Positions 10,512 through 19,479 of a stretch of DNA of 64,000 nucleotides are shown piece by piece. A model generated the notes under the pieces. The model had not been told where the DNA came from. It worked only from the letters and a program-made list of their open reading frames with translations, and ran no database searches. The stretch is from an uncultured Actinomycetota bacterium (GTDB lineage: Bacteria; Actinomycetota; Actinomycetes; JAHEKZ01): contig CAVQYR010000002.1 in assembly GCA_963718235.1 (NCBI GenBank), positions 384,001 to 448,000 of the forward strand. Direction: 5' to 3'. The stretch's first letter is position 1, and each line of letters begins with the position of its first letter. Made by a program: the position numbers and the translations under genes.

Positions 10512-11064
10512 CCGCCGACACGTCCAGGGTGATCGTCACCTTGTCGCTGACCAGGACCCCGCCGGCCTCCAGGGCGACGTTCCAGGTCAGGCCGAAGTCC
10601 TTGCGACTGATCCGCGTGGTCCCGGTGAAGCCGATCCGCTCGTTGCCGAACGGGTCGGTGCTGACCCCCTCGAGCTCGGCGGTGATCTCGACCGCACGGG
10701 TGGTCCCGCGGATGGTGAGGTCACCCACCATGACGAAGGTGTCGACGCCGGAGGCGCGCACGGAGGTGGCGGTGAAGGTCAGGGTCGGGTGGGCCTCGAC
10801 GTCGAGGAAGTCCGCCGAGCGGACGTGGGTGTCGCGGTCCTCGTTGCCGGAGGCGAAGCTCGACGCGTCGATCGACACGGTGGCGCTGGAACGGGAGGGG
10901 TCGTCGCCGTCCAGGACCAGCGAGCCGGAGAAGACGTCGAACTGGCCGCGGACCGTGGTCACCATTGCGTGCTTGGTGGCGAACCCGAGCCTGGTGTGGC
11001 TGGGGTCGATCTGCCAGGTGCCGGTCGTCGCGGCCAGAGTGGTCTCGGTGGTCGTGGTGGTCAT
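10498..11064 (-). CDS. YceI family (polyisoprenoid-binding) protein
   Basis: GTWQIDPSHTRLGF..KHAMVTTVRGQF...RDTHVRSADFLD...ISRKDFGLTWN. Confidence 0.93.
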   Translation of the reverse strand: MTTTTTETTLAATTGTWQIDPSHTRLGFATKHAMVTTVRGQFDVFSGSLVLDGDDPSRSSATVSIDASSFASGNEDRDTHVRSADFLDVEAHPTLTFTATSVRASGVDTFVMVGDLTIRGTTRAVEITAELEGVSTDPFGNERIGFTGTTRISRKDFGLTWNVALEAGGVLVSDKVTITLDVSAVRQG

Positions 11065-11094
11065 CGGAGCTCCTTGGCTGGTGAGAAGAAATCG

Positions 11095-11120
11095 TTGAAC
11101 GTTCAGTTGAACAGTCAACT
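11095..11120. promoter_or_regulatory. Tandem palindromic operators upstream of yceI (MarR/RosR-like)
   Basis: TGAACGTTCA (11096-11105) and AGTTGA-ACAG-TCAACT (11105-11120) in an AT-rich patch. Confidence 0.55.
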
Positions 11121-11192
11121 TTCTCCTCCTATTCCCCCGGGCGACCGCCAGGCGACCCGACCCGTTCCACCGGCGCCGTTACCCTCGGCCAG

Positions 11193-12032
11193 ATGACCAC
11201 TGACGAAACCGGGCGAGTCCCCGGCGAGCGGCACCGGGGACCGGTGGTGCTGCGGCGCGGCCAGGTGCAGCGCAGCACGACCGACCAGCGGCTGCTGGAC
11301 TCCCGTGGCCCCTCCGACTGGGTCCACACCGACCCGTGGCGGGTCCTGCGCATCCAGGCGGAGTTCGTCGAGGGGTTCGGGCTGCTGGCCGAGCTCGGCC
11401 CGGCGGTCAGCGTCTTCGGGAGTGCCCGGGCCGCCCGTGACTCACCGGAGTACGCCCTCGCCGAGCAGGTGGGTGCCGCCCTGGTGGCTGCCGGCTACGC
11501 CGTCATCACCGGCGGGGGTCCCGGGGTCATGGAGGCCGCCAACAAGGGGGCCTCCGAGGCCGGCGGGGTGTCGGTCGGGCTGGGGATCGAGCTCCCCTTC
11601 GAGCAGGGGCTCAACCCGTTCGTCGACATCGGGATCAACTTCCGGTACTTCTTCGCCCGCAAGACCATGTTCGTCAAGTACGCCAGGGGGTTCGTCGTCC
11701 TGCCCGGCGGTTTCGGCACCCTCGACGAGCTCTTCGAAGCACTCACGCTCGTCCAGACCCAGAAGGTCACGGCGTTCCCGCTGGTGCTCGTGGGCCGGTC
11801 CTACTGGCAGGGGCTGCTCGACTGGCTCGACGGGACCGTGGTCGCCGACGGCAAGGCGTCACCCCACGACACTCACCTCATGCACCTCACCGACGACGTC
11901 GACGAGGCAGTCGCCCTGATCCGCAAGGCCGAGCTGGACCGTGACTCGGTCCGTCAGGACGAGCTGGAGGCCGTCTTGGACAAGGAGGTTGCCGAGCGGG
12001 CGGCGGCGGGTGGTCCGTTGATGGGGATCTGA
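11193..12032 (+). CDS. LOG family (TIGR00730) nucleotide monophosphate nucleosidase
   Basis: VSVFGSAR, ITGGGPGVMEAANKG, FRYFFARKTMF, PGGFGTLDE. Confidence 0.93.
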   Translation: MTTDETGRVPGERHRGPVVLRRGQVQRSTTDQRLLDSRGPSDWVHTDPWRVLRIQAEFVEGFGLLAELGPAVSVFGSARAARDSPEYALAEQVGAALVAAGYAVITGGGPGVMEAANKGASEAGGVSVGLGIELPFEQGLNPFVDIGINFRYFFARKTMFVKYARGFVVLPGGFGTLDELFEALTLVQTQKVTAFPLVLVGRSYWQGLLDWLDGTVVADGKASPHDTHLMHLTDDVDEAVALIRKAELDRDSVRQDELEAVLDKEVAERAAAGGPLMGI

Positions 12033-12070
12033 GGCTCAGGGCGGTGACCCGGTGAGCCGATAGACCCTCG

Positions 12071-13357
12071 GTGGGTCCGGACCCGAGCGGACAGGAGTCG
12101 CCCGACCCGCCGCGGGCCAAGGCAGCGGCGGTGGTCGGTGCACGGCTGCGCGCCGCGCTCGAGGTCGGCCGGGACCCCTCACTTCGGCGGTTCTGGTTCT
12201 CCCAGATGGTCTCGGAGGTCGGCGACTGGGTGGGCCTCCTCGGTGTCGCTGCACTGCTCTACCAGGTCACCGACAAGGCCGTCTACGCGGCAGCGAGCGT
12301 CACGGCGCTGTACCTGCCGTACCTGTTGTCCCCCTGGCTCACCGCCCTGTGCGCCAAGCTGCCCCCGCGCCAGCTGCTGATCGGTGCCGACCTGCTGCGC
12401 AGCGCGATCATCCCCGTCCTGCTGATCGACGGGCTTCCCCCGTGGCTGTTGCTGCTCGTGGTCTTCGTGTCAGCGCTGCCCACTCCCGTGTACGAGGCGA
12501 CGCGCAGTGCGGTGGTCCCCGAGTACGCCCCCGACGAGACGACGCTGGACGACGCGCTGGTCCTCTTCCAGTCGACCCAGCAGGCGGCGAACACGGTGGG
12601 GTTCCTGCTGGGCGGGCTCGTCCTGGCCACCATCCAGGTCGAAGCGGCGCTGTGGCTCAACGCGGTCAGCTACATGCTGTCGGCCATGCTGCTGATGGGC
12701 ATCCCGAGCATGCCGCCGATCGCCGGCGTCACGTCGTCGGCCGGCTCGCTCGTCGTCGACGGGCTGCGGGCGCTGCGGCGCCAGCCCCTGCTGCGACGCA
12801 CCGTGGCCCTGGCCGTGGTGAGCGCCAGCACGATCATGGCCGGTGAGGCACTGGTCGTCGTCTACGCCGGCGACATCGGGCACGCCGGGATGTCGGGGGT
12901 GTTCGCAGCGGCGACGACGTCGGTCGCTGCCGTCGCCGCGCTGGTCATGCCCAGGCACTACGACAGCGCCACCCTGCTGCGGATCGTGGCGACCACACTC
13001 GGGCTCGGCGCCGCCGTGGCTCTCCTGCTGTTCAGCGTCGCACCCGGTGTCTTCGTCGGACTGGCCGGGTACATCGCCCTGGGCGTGGTCAGCGCACCGG
13101 GCGCTCTGACCTACGTCGTCGCCGTCCGCGAGATGAGCCTTCAGGTCCGCGCCTCGGTCTTCTCGATGGTCCAGGTGCTGCTCATGGGCGGCCAGGCGCT
13201 GGTCGCGCTGCTGGCCGGTCGCCTGGCCGACCAGATCGGGGTCGGGCTCGCGATCGGGGTCCTCCAGCTGCCGACGCTGTTCCTCGCCCTCGCCGCCATC
13301 GTGCTGACGCCCAAGGTGCGCCCGGCCCTGTCCGACCTGAAGGCCTCCCCGGCGTGA
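12071..13357 (+). CDS. MFS transporter (H+ antiporter-like); start uncertain
   Basis: About 12 hydrophobic segments; RRFWFSQMVSEVGDW and PRQLLIGADLLR motifs. Confidence 0.8.
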   Translation: MGPDPSGQESPDPPRAKAAAVVGARLRAALEVGRDPSLRRFWFSQMVSEVGDWVGLLGVAALLYQVTDKAVYAAASVTALYLPYLLSPWLTALCAKLPPRQLLIGADLLRSAIIPVLLIDGLPPWLLLLVVFVSALPTPVYEATRSAVVPEYAPDETTLDDALVLFQSTQQAANTVGFLLGGLVLATIQVEAALWLNAVSYMLSAMLLMGIPSMPPIAGVTSSAGSLVVDGLRALRRQPLLRRTVALAVVSASTIMAGEALVVVYAGDIGHAGMSGVFAAATTSVAAVAALVMPRHYDSATLLRIVATTLGLGAAVALLLFSVAPGVFVGLAGYIALGVVSAPGALTYVVAVREMSLQVRASVFSMVQVLLMGGQALVALLAGRLADQIGVGLAIGVLQLPTLFLALAAIVLTPKVRPALSDLKASPA

Positions 13358-13359
13358 CC

Positions 13360-14220
13360 TCAGGCCAGGCCACGGCGCGACACCGCAGGCGGGCGGTCCC
13401 CGCGGATCGAGGCGACCATGTCCAGCACCTCACGGGTCCGACCCACGTCATGGGCGCGGAACACCCGCGCACCGAGCCACGCGCTCACCGCCGTCGTCGC
13501 CAGCGTGCCGACGAGGCGCTGGTCGACCGGGCGGTCCAGCGCCTCGCCCACGAAGTCCTTGTTCGACAAGGACACCAGCACCGGCCAGCCGAGCGCGACC
13601 AGCTGTGACAGGTCGCGGGTGACGGCCAGCGAGTGCCGGGTGTTCTTGCCGAAGTCGTGCCCGGGGTCGACCACGAGGCCGTCGGGCCGGACACCGAGGC
13701 CCAGGACCCGCGTCGTCTCCCGCTCGACCCACGCCACGACGTCGACCATCGGGTTCTCATAGGTCACGCGGTGCGGTCTGGTCCGTGGGGTGGCCCCCCC
13801 GGTGTGCGTGCAGACCAACCCGACGCCGAACGCAGCAGCGACCGCAGCCAGCTCGGGGTCGTGGCCGCCCCAGGCGTCGTTGACAAGGTCGGCCCCCGCC
13901 TCACAGGCGGCCGAAGCGACTTCCGCCCGCCACGTGTCGACGCTGATCACGGTCGAGGGGTGCTCCGCGCGGACCGCGCGGACGAACGGCACGACCCGAC
14001 GGATCTCCTCCGGGGTGTCCACCGGGTCGCCGGGCCCGGCCTTGACCCCTCCGACGTCGATGATGTCCGCACCCGCGGCCACCGCGCGGCCGACGGCTGC
14101 CATGGCGGCGTCGTCGGAGAAGGTCGCCCCGCGGTCGAAGAACGAGTCGGGTGTCCGGTTCACAATCGCCATCACGACCAGGTCGTCGTCGAAGGTGCGG
14201 GTGCCCAGGCGCCATGGCAT
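13360..14220 (-). CDS. folP: Dihydropteroate synthase-like protein (FolP2 type)
   Basis: MAIVNRTPDSFFD, IDVGGVKAGPG, ISVDTWR, DPGHDFGKN, SLSNKDF, FRAHDV. Confidence 0.92.
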   Translation of the reverse strand: MPWRLGTRTFDDDLVVMAIVNRTPDSFFDRGATFSDDAAMAAVGRAVAAGADIIDVGGVKAGPGDPVDTPEEIRRVVPFVRAVRAEHPSTVISVDTWRAEVASAACEAGADLVNDAWGGHDPELAAVAAAFGVGLVCTHTGGATPRTRPHRVTYENPMVDVVAWVERETTRVLGLGVRPDGLVVDPGHDFGKNTRHSLAVTRDLSQLVALGWPVLVSLSNKDFVGEALDRPVDQRLVGTLATTAVSAWLGARVFRAHDVGRTREVLDMVASIRGDRPPAVSRRGLA

Positions 14221-14285
14221 GGCTCAGCGTGACACGATCGCATCAGGGCCGGTTCGGCCACCCGGTGTGTGGGAGGGGTTCGCGC

Positions 14286-14579
14286 GTGTTGTACCTGTGG
14301 CTGTTCGTCGCCCTGGCCCTCGTCGTCGCGGTCGTCCTGGTGGCGTTGGGCCACGGCACGTCGGGGAGCGAGGCCCCGCCCGACCGTCGCGCCGCCGACC
14401 TCCCGTCCGACCGGTCCGTCGTGGCCGCGGACGTCGACGCGCTGCGGCTGCCCCAGGCGTTCCGCGGGTACCGGATGGACGACGTGGACGAGGTGCTCGA
14501 CCGACTCGCCGAACAGCTCACCGAACGCGACGCACTGATCGAGCGGCTGCAGAGCCCTCCCCCCGAGACGTCGCCGTGA
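14286..14579 (+). CDS. DivIVA-domain membrane protein
   Basis: N-terminal TM, then LRLPQAFRGYRMDDVDEVLDRL and a coiled coil. Confidence 0.85.
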   Translation: MLYLWLFVALALVVAVVLVALGHGTSGSEAPPDRRAADLPSDRSVVAADVDALRLPQAFRGYRMDDVDEVLDRLAEQLTERDALIERLQSPPPETSP

Positions 14580-15040
14580 GCGCGGAGGTCACCGTCGCCG
14601 TCGACGTGGACGCACCGCCCGAGGCGGTCTGGGCCGCCGTCACCGACTGGCCACGCCAGTCCCAGTGGATGCTCGGCACCACGGTGCGCTCCACGGCTGC
14701 CGGTGGGGTGGGCGAAGGGGGCGGGATCGAGGCGTTCACCGGCCTGGGCAGGGTCGGGTTCCTGGACACCATGGTCATCACCGAGTGGGACCCGCCTCGG
14801 CGCTGCGTGGTCCGTCACACCGGCCGTGTGGTCCGCGGCGACGGGGTCTTCGAGGTGCTGCGTCTGCCGAGGGGCAGGAGCAGGTTCGTGTGGTCGGAGA
14901 TCCTCGACTTGCCCCTGGGCCGGCTCGGTCGGCTGGGGTGGCCGCTGGTGGCGCCGGTGTTCGGTGCGGGGGTCCGGCACAGCCTGCTGAAGCTGGCCGA
15001 GGACGTCGGCCGTGAGCACGCCAGGGGCCATGGGCGATAA
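14576..15040 (+). CDS. SRPBCC/polyketide cyclase-like protein
   Basis: VDVDAPPEAVWAAVTDWPRQSQW...DTMVITEWDPPRRCVVRH; GTGA overlap with the previous gene. Confidence 0.85.
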   Translation: MSAEVTVAVDVDAPPEAVWAAVTDWPRQSQWMLGTTVRSTAAGGVGEGGGIEAFTGLGRVGFLDTMVITEWDPPRRCVVRHTGRVVRGDGVFEVLRLPRGRSRFVWSEILDLPLGRLGRLGWPLVAPVFGAGVRHSLLKLAEDVGREHARGHGR

Positions 15041-15116
15041 TGGTGCGAAGTCACGCGACCGGGCGTGCTCCCAGGTCGCGCACGCGACGCAGGTTCGCAG
15101 CAGGAAGGGGAACGAC

Positions 15117-15284
15117 ATGGCGGCCATGAAGCCGCGTACGGGCGACGGCCCACTCGAGGTGACCAAGGAGGGCCGGGGCATCGTCATGCGCGTTCCGCTC
15201 GAGGGCGGCGGCCGTCTCGTCGTCGAGCTCAACGCCGAGGAGGCCAAGAGCCTCGGTGACCAGCTGATCGCCGTTGCCGGCTGA
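15117..15284 (+). CDS. DUF3117 small conserved actinobacterial protein
   Basis: MAAMKPRTGDGPLEVTKEGRGIVMRVPLEGGGRLVVEL; AAGGGG RBS. Confidence 0.92.
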   Translation: MAAMKPRTGDGPLEVTKEGRGIVMRVPLEGGGRLVVELNAEEAKSLGDQLIAVAG

Positions 15285-15335
15285 CGTCGGCCCCATGTCG
15301 GCCCCGGGTGCGGATTCTGGACCCGGGGCCGCGGC

Positions 15336-16856
15336 ATGACCGGGCCGGTGCTGCGGGCGGTCTCCCGCCCGCTGGAGTCCGCCCTGTCGACGTCTGAGGT
15401 GGTCGCCCTCGGCGTGCGGCCCGGCACGGACTCCGGGCCGCAGGTCGTCGTCCCCGGCGGGCAGTGGCCAGTCGACCTCCCGGCCCACCTGGACCGGGCC
15501 GAAGCGACCGGTCGGGCCGGCGAGGTGACCGAGATCCCCCTCGTGGGCAGCGGACGGACCCGCTCCCTGCTCCTGGTCGGGGTGGGTGGGTCGTCGACCA
15601 CCGACCTGCGAGCCGCTGCGGCTGCGGTCGCGCGCCGCGCGCAGGGGCAGCGGTCGTTGGCGGTCGACCTGGGCCAGCGGACGTCGGGTGACATCGCCGC
15701 CGTGGCCGAGGGCGCCGGGCTCGCTGCCTACACGTTCACCGAGAAGACGTCGGCGCCGCCCAAGCCGGTCCGGCGGGTCGACGTCCACGCCGACGCAGCG
15801 CAGTGGGACCCTCCGTCCGCAGAGGAGGCTGTGACGCGCGCAGGAGTCGTCGTGCGTGCCGTCCACCGAGCGCGGGACCTCACCAACACCCCGGCGAACC
15901 GCAAGTCCCCCCAGTGGCTCGCGCGCCAGGCCCGGCGGGCCGGTGAGGAGGCTGGGCTCCGGGTCACCGTCCTGGACGCGGATGCGCTGCGACGTCAGGG
16001 CTTCGGAGCCCTGCTGGCGGTGGGCAGCGGCTCGACCCGCCCGCCCGTGCTCGTCCGCCTGGACTACCGACCGCGGCGTGGCCGCACGAGGCGGGCGACC
16101 GGCGAGCGCCGGGTCGTCCTCGTCGGCAAGGGCATCACCTTCGACTCGGGCGGGTTGTCGCTGAAGCCGGCCGACGCGATGACGACCATGAAGACCGACA
16201 TGGCCGGTGCGGCGGCGGTCCTGTCGGTCATGGCCGCGCTGCCGGCTCTCGACTCACCGGTCGCGGTCACCGGGGTGCTGGCCCTGGCCGAGAACATGCC
16301 GTCCGGCTCGGCGGTCCGTCCTGGCGACGTCGTGACCTCCTACGACGGAACCACGATCGAGGTCTTGAACACCGACGCCGAGGGCCGCCTCGTCCTCGCC
16401 GACGCCCTCGGCTGGGCGACCACGGGTGCGGACCGACCAGCCGCCGTGGTCGACCTCGCCACCCTCACCGGGGCGGCATCGGTCGGTCTGGGCCGCGGGC
16501 ACGCTGCGCTGTACGCCGACGACTCCCGCCTGGGCGACGCGCTGGCATCGGCGGCCGCCTGCACCGGCGAGCGACTGTGGCGGATGCCGCTGGTCGACGA
16601 CTACCGGGCCACTCTCGAGTCGCCGGTGGCCGACCTCTCGCACATCGCCCGCGACCCGAAGGTCTCCGGCGGCTCGATCACCGCGGCGTTGTTCCTCCAG
16701 GCCTTCACCCACGGTGTGCCGTGGGCGCACCTCGACATCGCCGGACCGGCGAGGGCCGAGGCCGACAGCGACGAGACCAGCAAGGGGGGCACCGGCTATG
16801 GGGTGCGCCTGCTGCTCGACTGGCTGAGTCGACCCGGGACAGGAGCCGGTGCCTGA
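15336..16856 (+). CDS. pepA: M17 leucyl aminopeptidase
   Basis: LVGKGITFDSGG, MKTDMAG, NTDAEGRLVLAD, DLATLTG, WAHLDIAG. Confidence 0.93.
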   Translation: MTGPVLRAVSRPLESALSTSEVVALGVRPGTDSGPQVVVPGGQWPVDLPAHLDRAEATGRAGEVTEIPLVGSGRTRSLLLVGVGGSSTTDLRAAAAAVARRAQGQRSLAVDLGQRTSGDIAAVAEGAGLAAYTFTEKTSAPPKPVRRVDVHADAAQWDPPSAEEAVTRAGVVVRAVHRARDLTNTPANRKSPQWLARQARRAGEEAGLRVTVLDADALRRQGFGALLAVGSGSTRPPVLVRLDYRPRRGRTRRATGERRVVLVGKGITFDSGGLSLKPADAMTTMKTDMAGAAAVLSVMAALPALDSPVAVTGVLALAENMPSGSAVRPGDVVTSYDGTTIEVLNTDAEGRLVLADALGWATTGADRPAAVVDLATLTGAASVGLGRGHAALYADDSRLGDALASAAACTGERLWRMPLVDDYRATLESPVADLSHIARDPKVSGGSITAALFLQAFTHGVPWAHLDIAGPARAEADSDETSKGGTGYGVRLLLDWLSRPGTGAGA

Positions 16857-17197
16857 TGTACGGACTCTCGGTGCGGTGGTCCCTGCGCGACGTCGACCCT
16901 GCCGTCGTCCAGGAGCTGCGCGACTACGTGCGCGACCAGTCGCTGGCCCGGTTCACCGGCATGCCGGGGCTGTCGTTCAAGACCTGGCGGATGGTGCCGG
17001 GGGAGTGGTTCGAAGGGACCTACGTCTGGGACACCGCGCACGCCCGTGACGAGTTCCTGCTCACCTTCCGGGCCGGCGCCGACAGCGCCCCGGGAACGGT
17101 GATGATCGGCTCCTCGCCCGTTGTGTACGAGACGTTCGAGGTGGTGGCCGTCGCCGAGGGCGGCGCCGGCTTCACCGCCGGAGCGGGTCCGGGCTGA
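16856..17197 (+). CDS. YdhR-like dimeric alpha/beta-barrel protein (putative monooxygenase)
   Basis: TGATG coupling to pepA; RFTGMPGLSFKTW...FEGTYVWDT pattern. Confidence 0.7.
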   Translation: MYGLSVRWSLRDVDPAVVQELRDYVRDQSLARFTGMPGLSFKTWRMVPGEWFEGTYVWDTAHARDEFLLTFRAGADSAPGTVMIGSSPVVYETFEVVAVAEGGAGFTAGAGPG

Positions 17198-17207
17198 GCA
17201 CGGTGGA

Positions 17208-17837
17208 TCAGCCCCGCTTGCGGGCCACCAGGAGGCCCTGACCGACCGGAAGCAGCAACGGCAGCCACCGCTCGTCGTCGCGCAGGTCGGTGACGAGCGA
17301 GCGCATGGCGACCGTGGCCGGGTCTCGTTGGGCCGGGTCAGCCACCCGGTCGTTCCACAGCGCGTCGTCGAACGCCACGACCCCGCCCGCGCGCAGCAGC
17401 CGGTGAGCCTCGGTCAGGTCGCTGGGGTACTCGTCCTTGGGCCCGTCGAAGAACGCGAGGTCGTAGCTGTCGTCGGCCAGGCGGGGCAGGACCTCCAGGG
17501 CGCGTCCGGTGATCAGCCGGGTGCGCTGTGGGGCGACCCCGGCTGCGACGAAGGTCTCGCGGGCCAGGCGGCTGTGCTCGGTCTCGCCCTCGACCGTGGT
17601 CAGGATTCCGTCGTCGCGCATGCCGCGCAGCAACCACAGCCCCGACACCCCGGTACCGGTTCCGACCTCGACCACCGCGCGGGCACCGACCAGGGCGGCC
17701 AGGAGCCGCAGGGCGGCACCGGTTCCCGGGTCGACGGGTCGGCAGCCGACCTCGTCGGCACGCTGCCGAGCGGTGCGTAGCACGTCGTCCTCGGGCACGT
17801 ACGCCTGCGCGTACGCCCAGCTGGCGTCGGTGGGAAT
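17208..17837 (-). CDS. SAM-dependent O-methyltransferase (divergent from sigE); probable ATT start
   Basis: VVEVGTGTGVSGLWL, RLITGRALEVLPRLAD, YDLAFFD; AGGAGG 5 nt before an in-frame ATT. Confidence 0.88.
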   Translation of the reverse strand: MPTDASWAYAQAYVPEDDVLRTARQRADEVGCRPVDPGTGAALRLLAALVGARAVVEVGTGTGVSGLWLLRGMRDDGILTTVEGETEHSRLARETFVAAGVAPQRTRLITGRALEVLPRLADDSYDLAFFDGPKDEYPSDLTEAHRLLRAGGVVAFDDALWNDRVADPAQRDPATVAMRSLVTDLRDDERWLPLLLPVGQGLLVARKRG

Positions 17838-17909
17838 GGTCGCCTCCTGCTCGGGTGTTGAACGAAGCCTAGACCGTGGGCGACCGCCCACCGTGGCCCC
17901 ATCGGACCG

Positions 17910-17936
17910 GGAACTGTTCGACCGGATCGAACGTCT
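17910..17936 (+). promoter_or_regulatory. ECF-sigma promoter upstream of sigE (probable autoregulation)
   Basis: GGAAC (17910-17914)-N17-CGTCT. Confidence 0.55.
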
Positions 17937-17973
17937 GACCTTCAGGTCAGCGCCGACGACGTGAGGAGGGGCC

Positions 17974-18567
17974 ATGCCCACCACGGCTGGCTTCACCGAC
18001 GGTGAGGCTGCGTGGCAGCCGCCGTCGTGGCACGACGTCGTCGCCGAGCACTCGCCCCGGGTCTACCGGCTGGCCTACCGGCTCACCGGGAACAAGCACG
18101 ACGCCGAGGACCTCACCCAGGAGGTGTTCGTCCGGGTCTTCCGCTCCCTGGCCCAGTACACCCCCGGCAACTTCGAGGGCTGGCTGCACCGGATCACCAC
18201 CAACCTGTTCCTCGACCAGGCGCGACGCCGTCAGCGCATCCGGTTCACGCCGCTGCCCGAGGACGGTGACGACCGGATCGCCGGACGCGAGCCTTCGGCC
18301 GCCGACGCCTACGACCTGACCCGGCTCGACGACGAGGTCCAGGGGGCGCTGGCCGCCCTGCCGCCCGACTTCCGAGCCGCCGTCGTCCTGTGCGACATCG
18401 AGGGCCTCTCCTACGAGGAGATCGCGGCGACGCTCGACGTGAAGCTGGGCACGGTCCGCAGCCGGATCCACCGCGGGCGCACGCAGCTGCGTGAGACGCT
18501 GGCCCACCGGCGCCCGCTCGCCCCCGCGGCGACACCCAGGTCGACCCGGGTCGGTGACTCGGTATGA
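17974..18567 (+). CDS. sigE: RNA polymerase sigma factor SigE (mycobacterial SigE type)
   Basis: [53 protein letters not shown]; sigE-anti-sigma-htrA-tatB synteny. Confidence 0.95.
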   Translation: MPTTAGFTDGEAAWQPPSWHDVVAEHSPRVYRLAYRLTGNKHDAEDLTQEVFVRVFRSLAQYTPGNFEGWLHRITTNLFLDQARRRQRIRFTPLPEDGDDRIAGREPSAADAYDLTRLDDEVQGALAALPPDFRAAVVLCDIEGLSYEEIAATLDVKLGTVRSRIHRGRTQLRETLAHRRPLAPAATPRSTRVGDSV

Positions 18568-19376
18568 GCCGCACGCTGCGCCCGGGCGGTCCCGAGGAGC
18601 ACCTGGGGGACAAGGCCAGCGCGTTGGTCGACGGGGCGCTCACTCCGCGCGAGCACGAGCGGTGGTTGGGGCACGTGGCGTTGTGCCCGGCCTGCCGGTC
18701 GGTGGTCGACGGTGAGCGGGAGGCCAAAGCGTTCGTGGCCCGGCTGGCCCAGCCGGAGATGGGTGTCGCGCTCACCGCGGCCCTGCTGACCGTGCCGGGC
18801 GCAGCCACCGACGACCGGGTGCCGGCGGCCGCCTCCGTGCTGGCGCCGCTTGCGCCGCTCGCGCCGCTTGCGCCCTCGAGCCCCCTGCCGGTAGCCGTTC
18901 CCGCCACCCGAGCCGGACGCTCGTCGGCCCGGGCTCTCGCGGCGCTGTCGGGCGTGAGTGCCACTGCGGCCGCGGTCCTGATCGTCGGTGCCACCAGTGC
19001 CCCGGCGACGGGACTCGTGGCAGCCCAGGGTCTCGCGGGGGCGGCGGAGCAGCGGCCTGCGGTGACCGTCGCGGCGGCGACCCGGTCGGACGGGGTGACG
19101 CAGGCGGTGGGGAGCAGTGGGTCCCTGCCTGGGCCGCTCGATGACCTGACCCCGCAGCCGACGGACCGACCGGTGTTCAGCCTGGTCTCCGCAGTCGCAC
19201 CGCTGCGCGGCGTGACCGCGCCGACGGAGCCCGTCGCGCGGCGCACAACCCAGGTGCCGATAGCCGTCTCGGGACTCCCCGCCGCGTTCACGGCGGCGCC
19301 CAAGCCGGCACCGAGCCCGCCGTGGGTCCTGCCGGTGGCGGCCGAGCTGACCACCGCGACCGGCTCCCTGCCCTGA
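18564..19376 (+). CDS. zf-HC2 anti-sigma factor (RseA-like)
   Basis: HLG...ALVDGAL...HVALCPAC (HxxxCxxC); TM segment; contains a (LAP)4 micro-repeat. Confidence 0.85.
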   Translation: MSRTLRPGGPEEHLGDKASALVDGALTPREHERWLGHVALCPACRSVVDGEREAKAFVARLAQPEMGVALTAALLTVPGAATDDRVPAAASVLAPLAPLAPLAPSSPLPVAVPATRAGRSSARALAALSGVSATAAAVLIVGATSAPATGLVAAQGLAGAAEQRPAVTVAAATRSDGVTQAVGSSGSLPGPLDDLTPQPTDRPVFSLVSAVAPLRGVTAPTEPVARRTTQVPIAVSGLPAAFTAAPKPAPSPPWVLPVAAELTTATGSLP

Positions 19377-19479
19377 CCCGGTCCGCCGGGTCTCGCTACC
19401 GTGGCGCGTCGGCCCACGTTCCAGCGACCTCGACCCGCGGTCCTTCCGCCGCCCCGAGGCTCGACCCCCAGGAGCATTG

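Noticed and set aside
18840-18876. 9-bp tandem repeat encoding (LAP)4 in the anti-sigma factor
   Set aside because: An in-frame, degenerate linker expansion with no sign of a switch function
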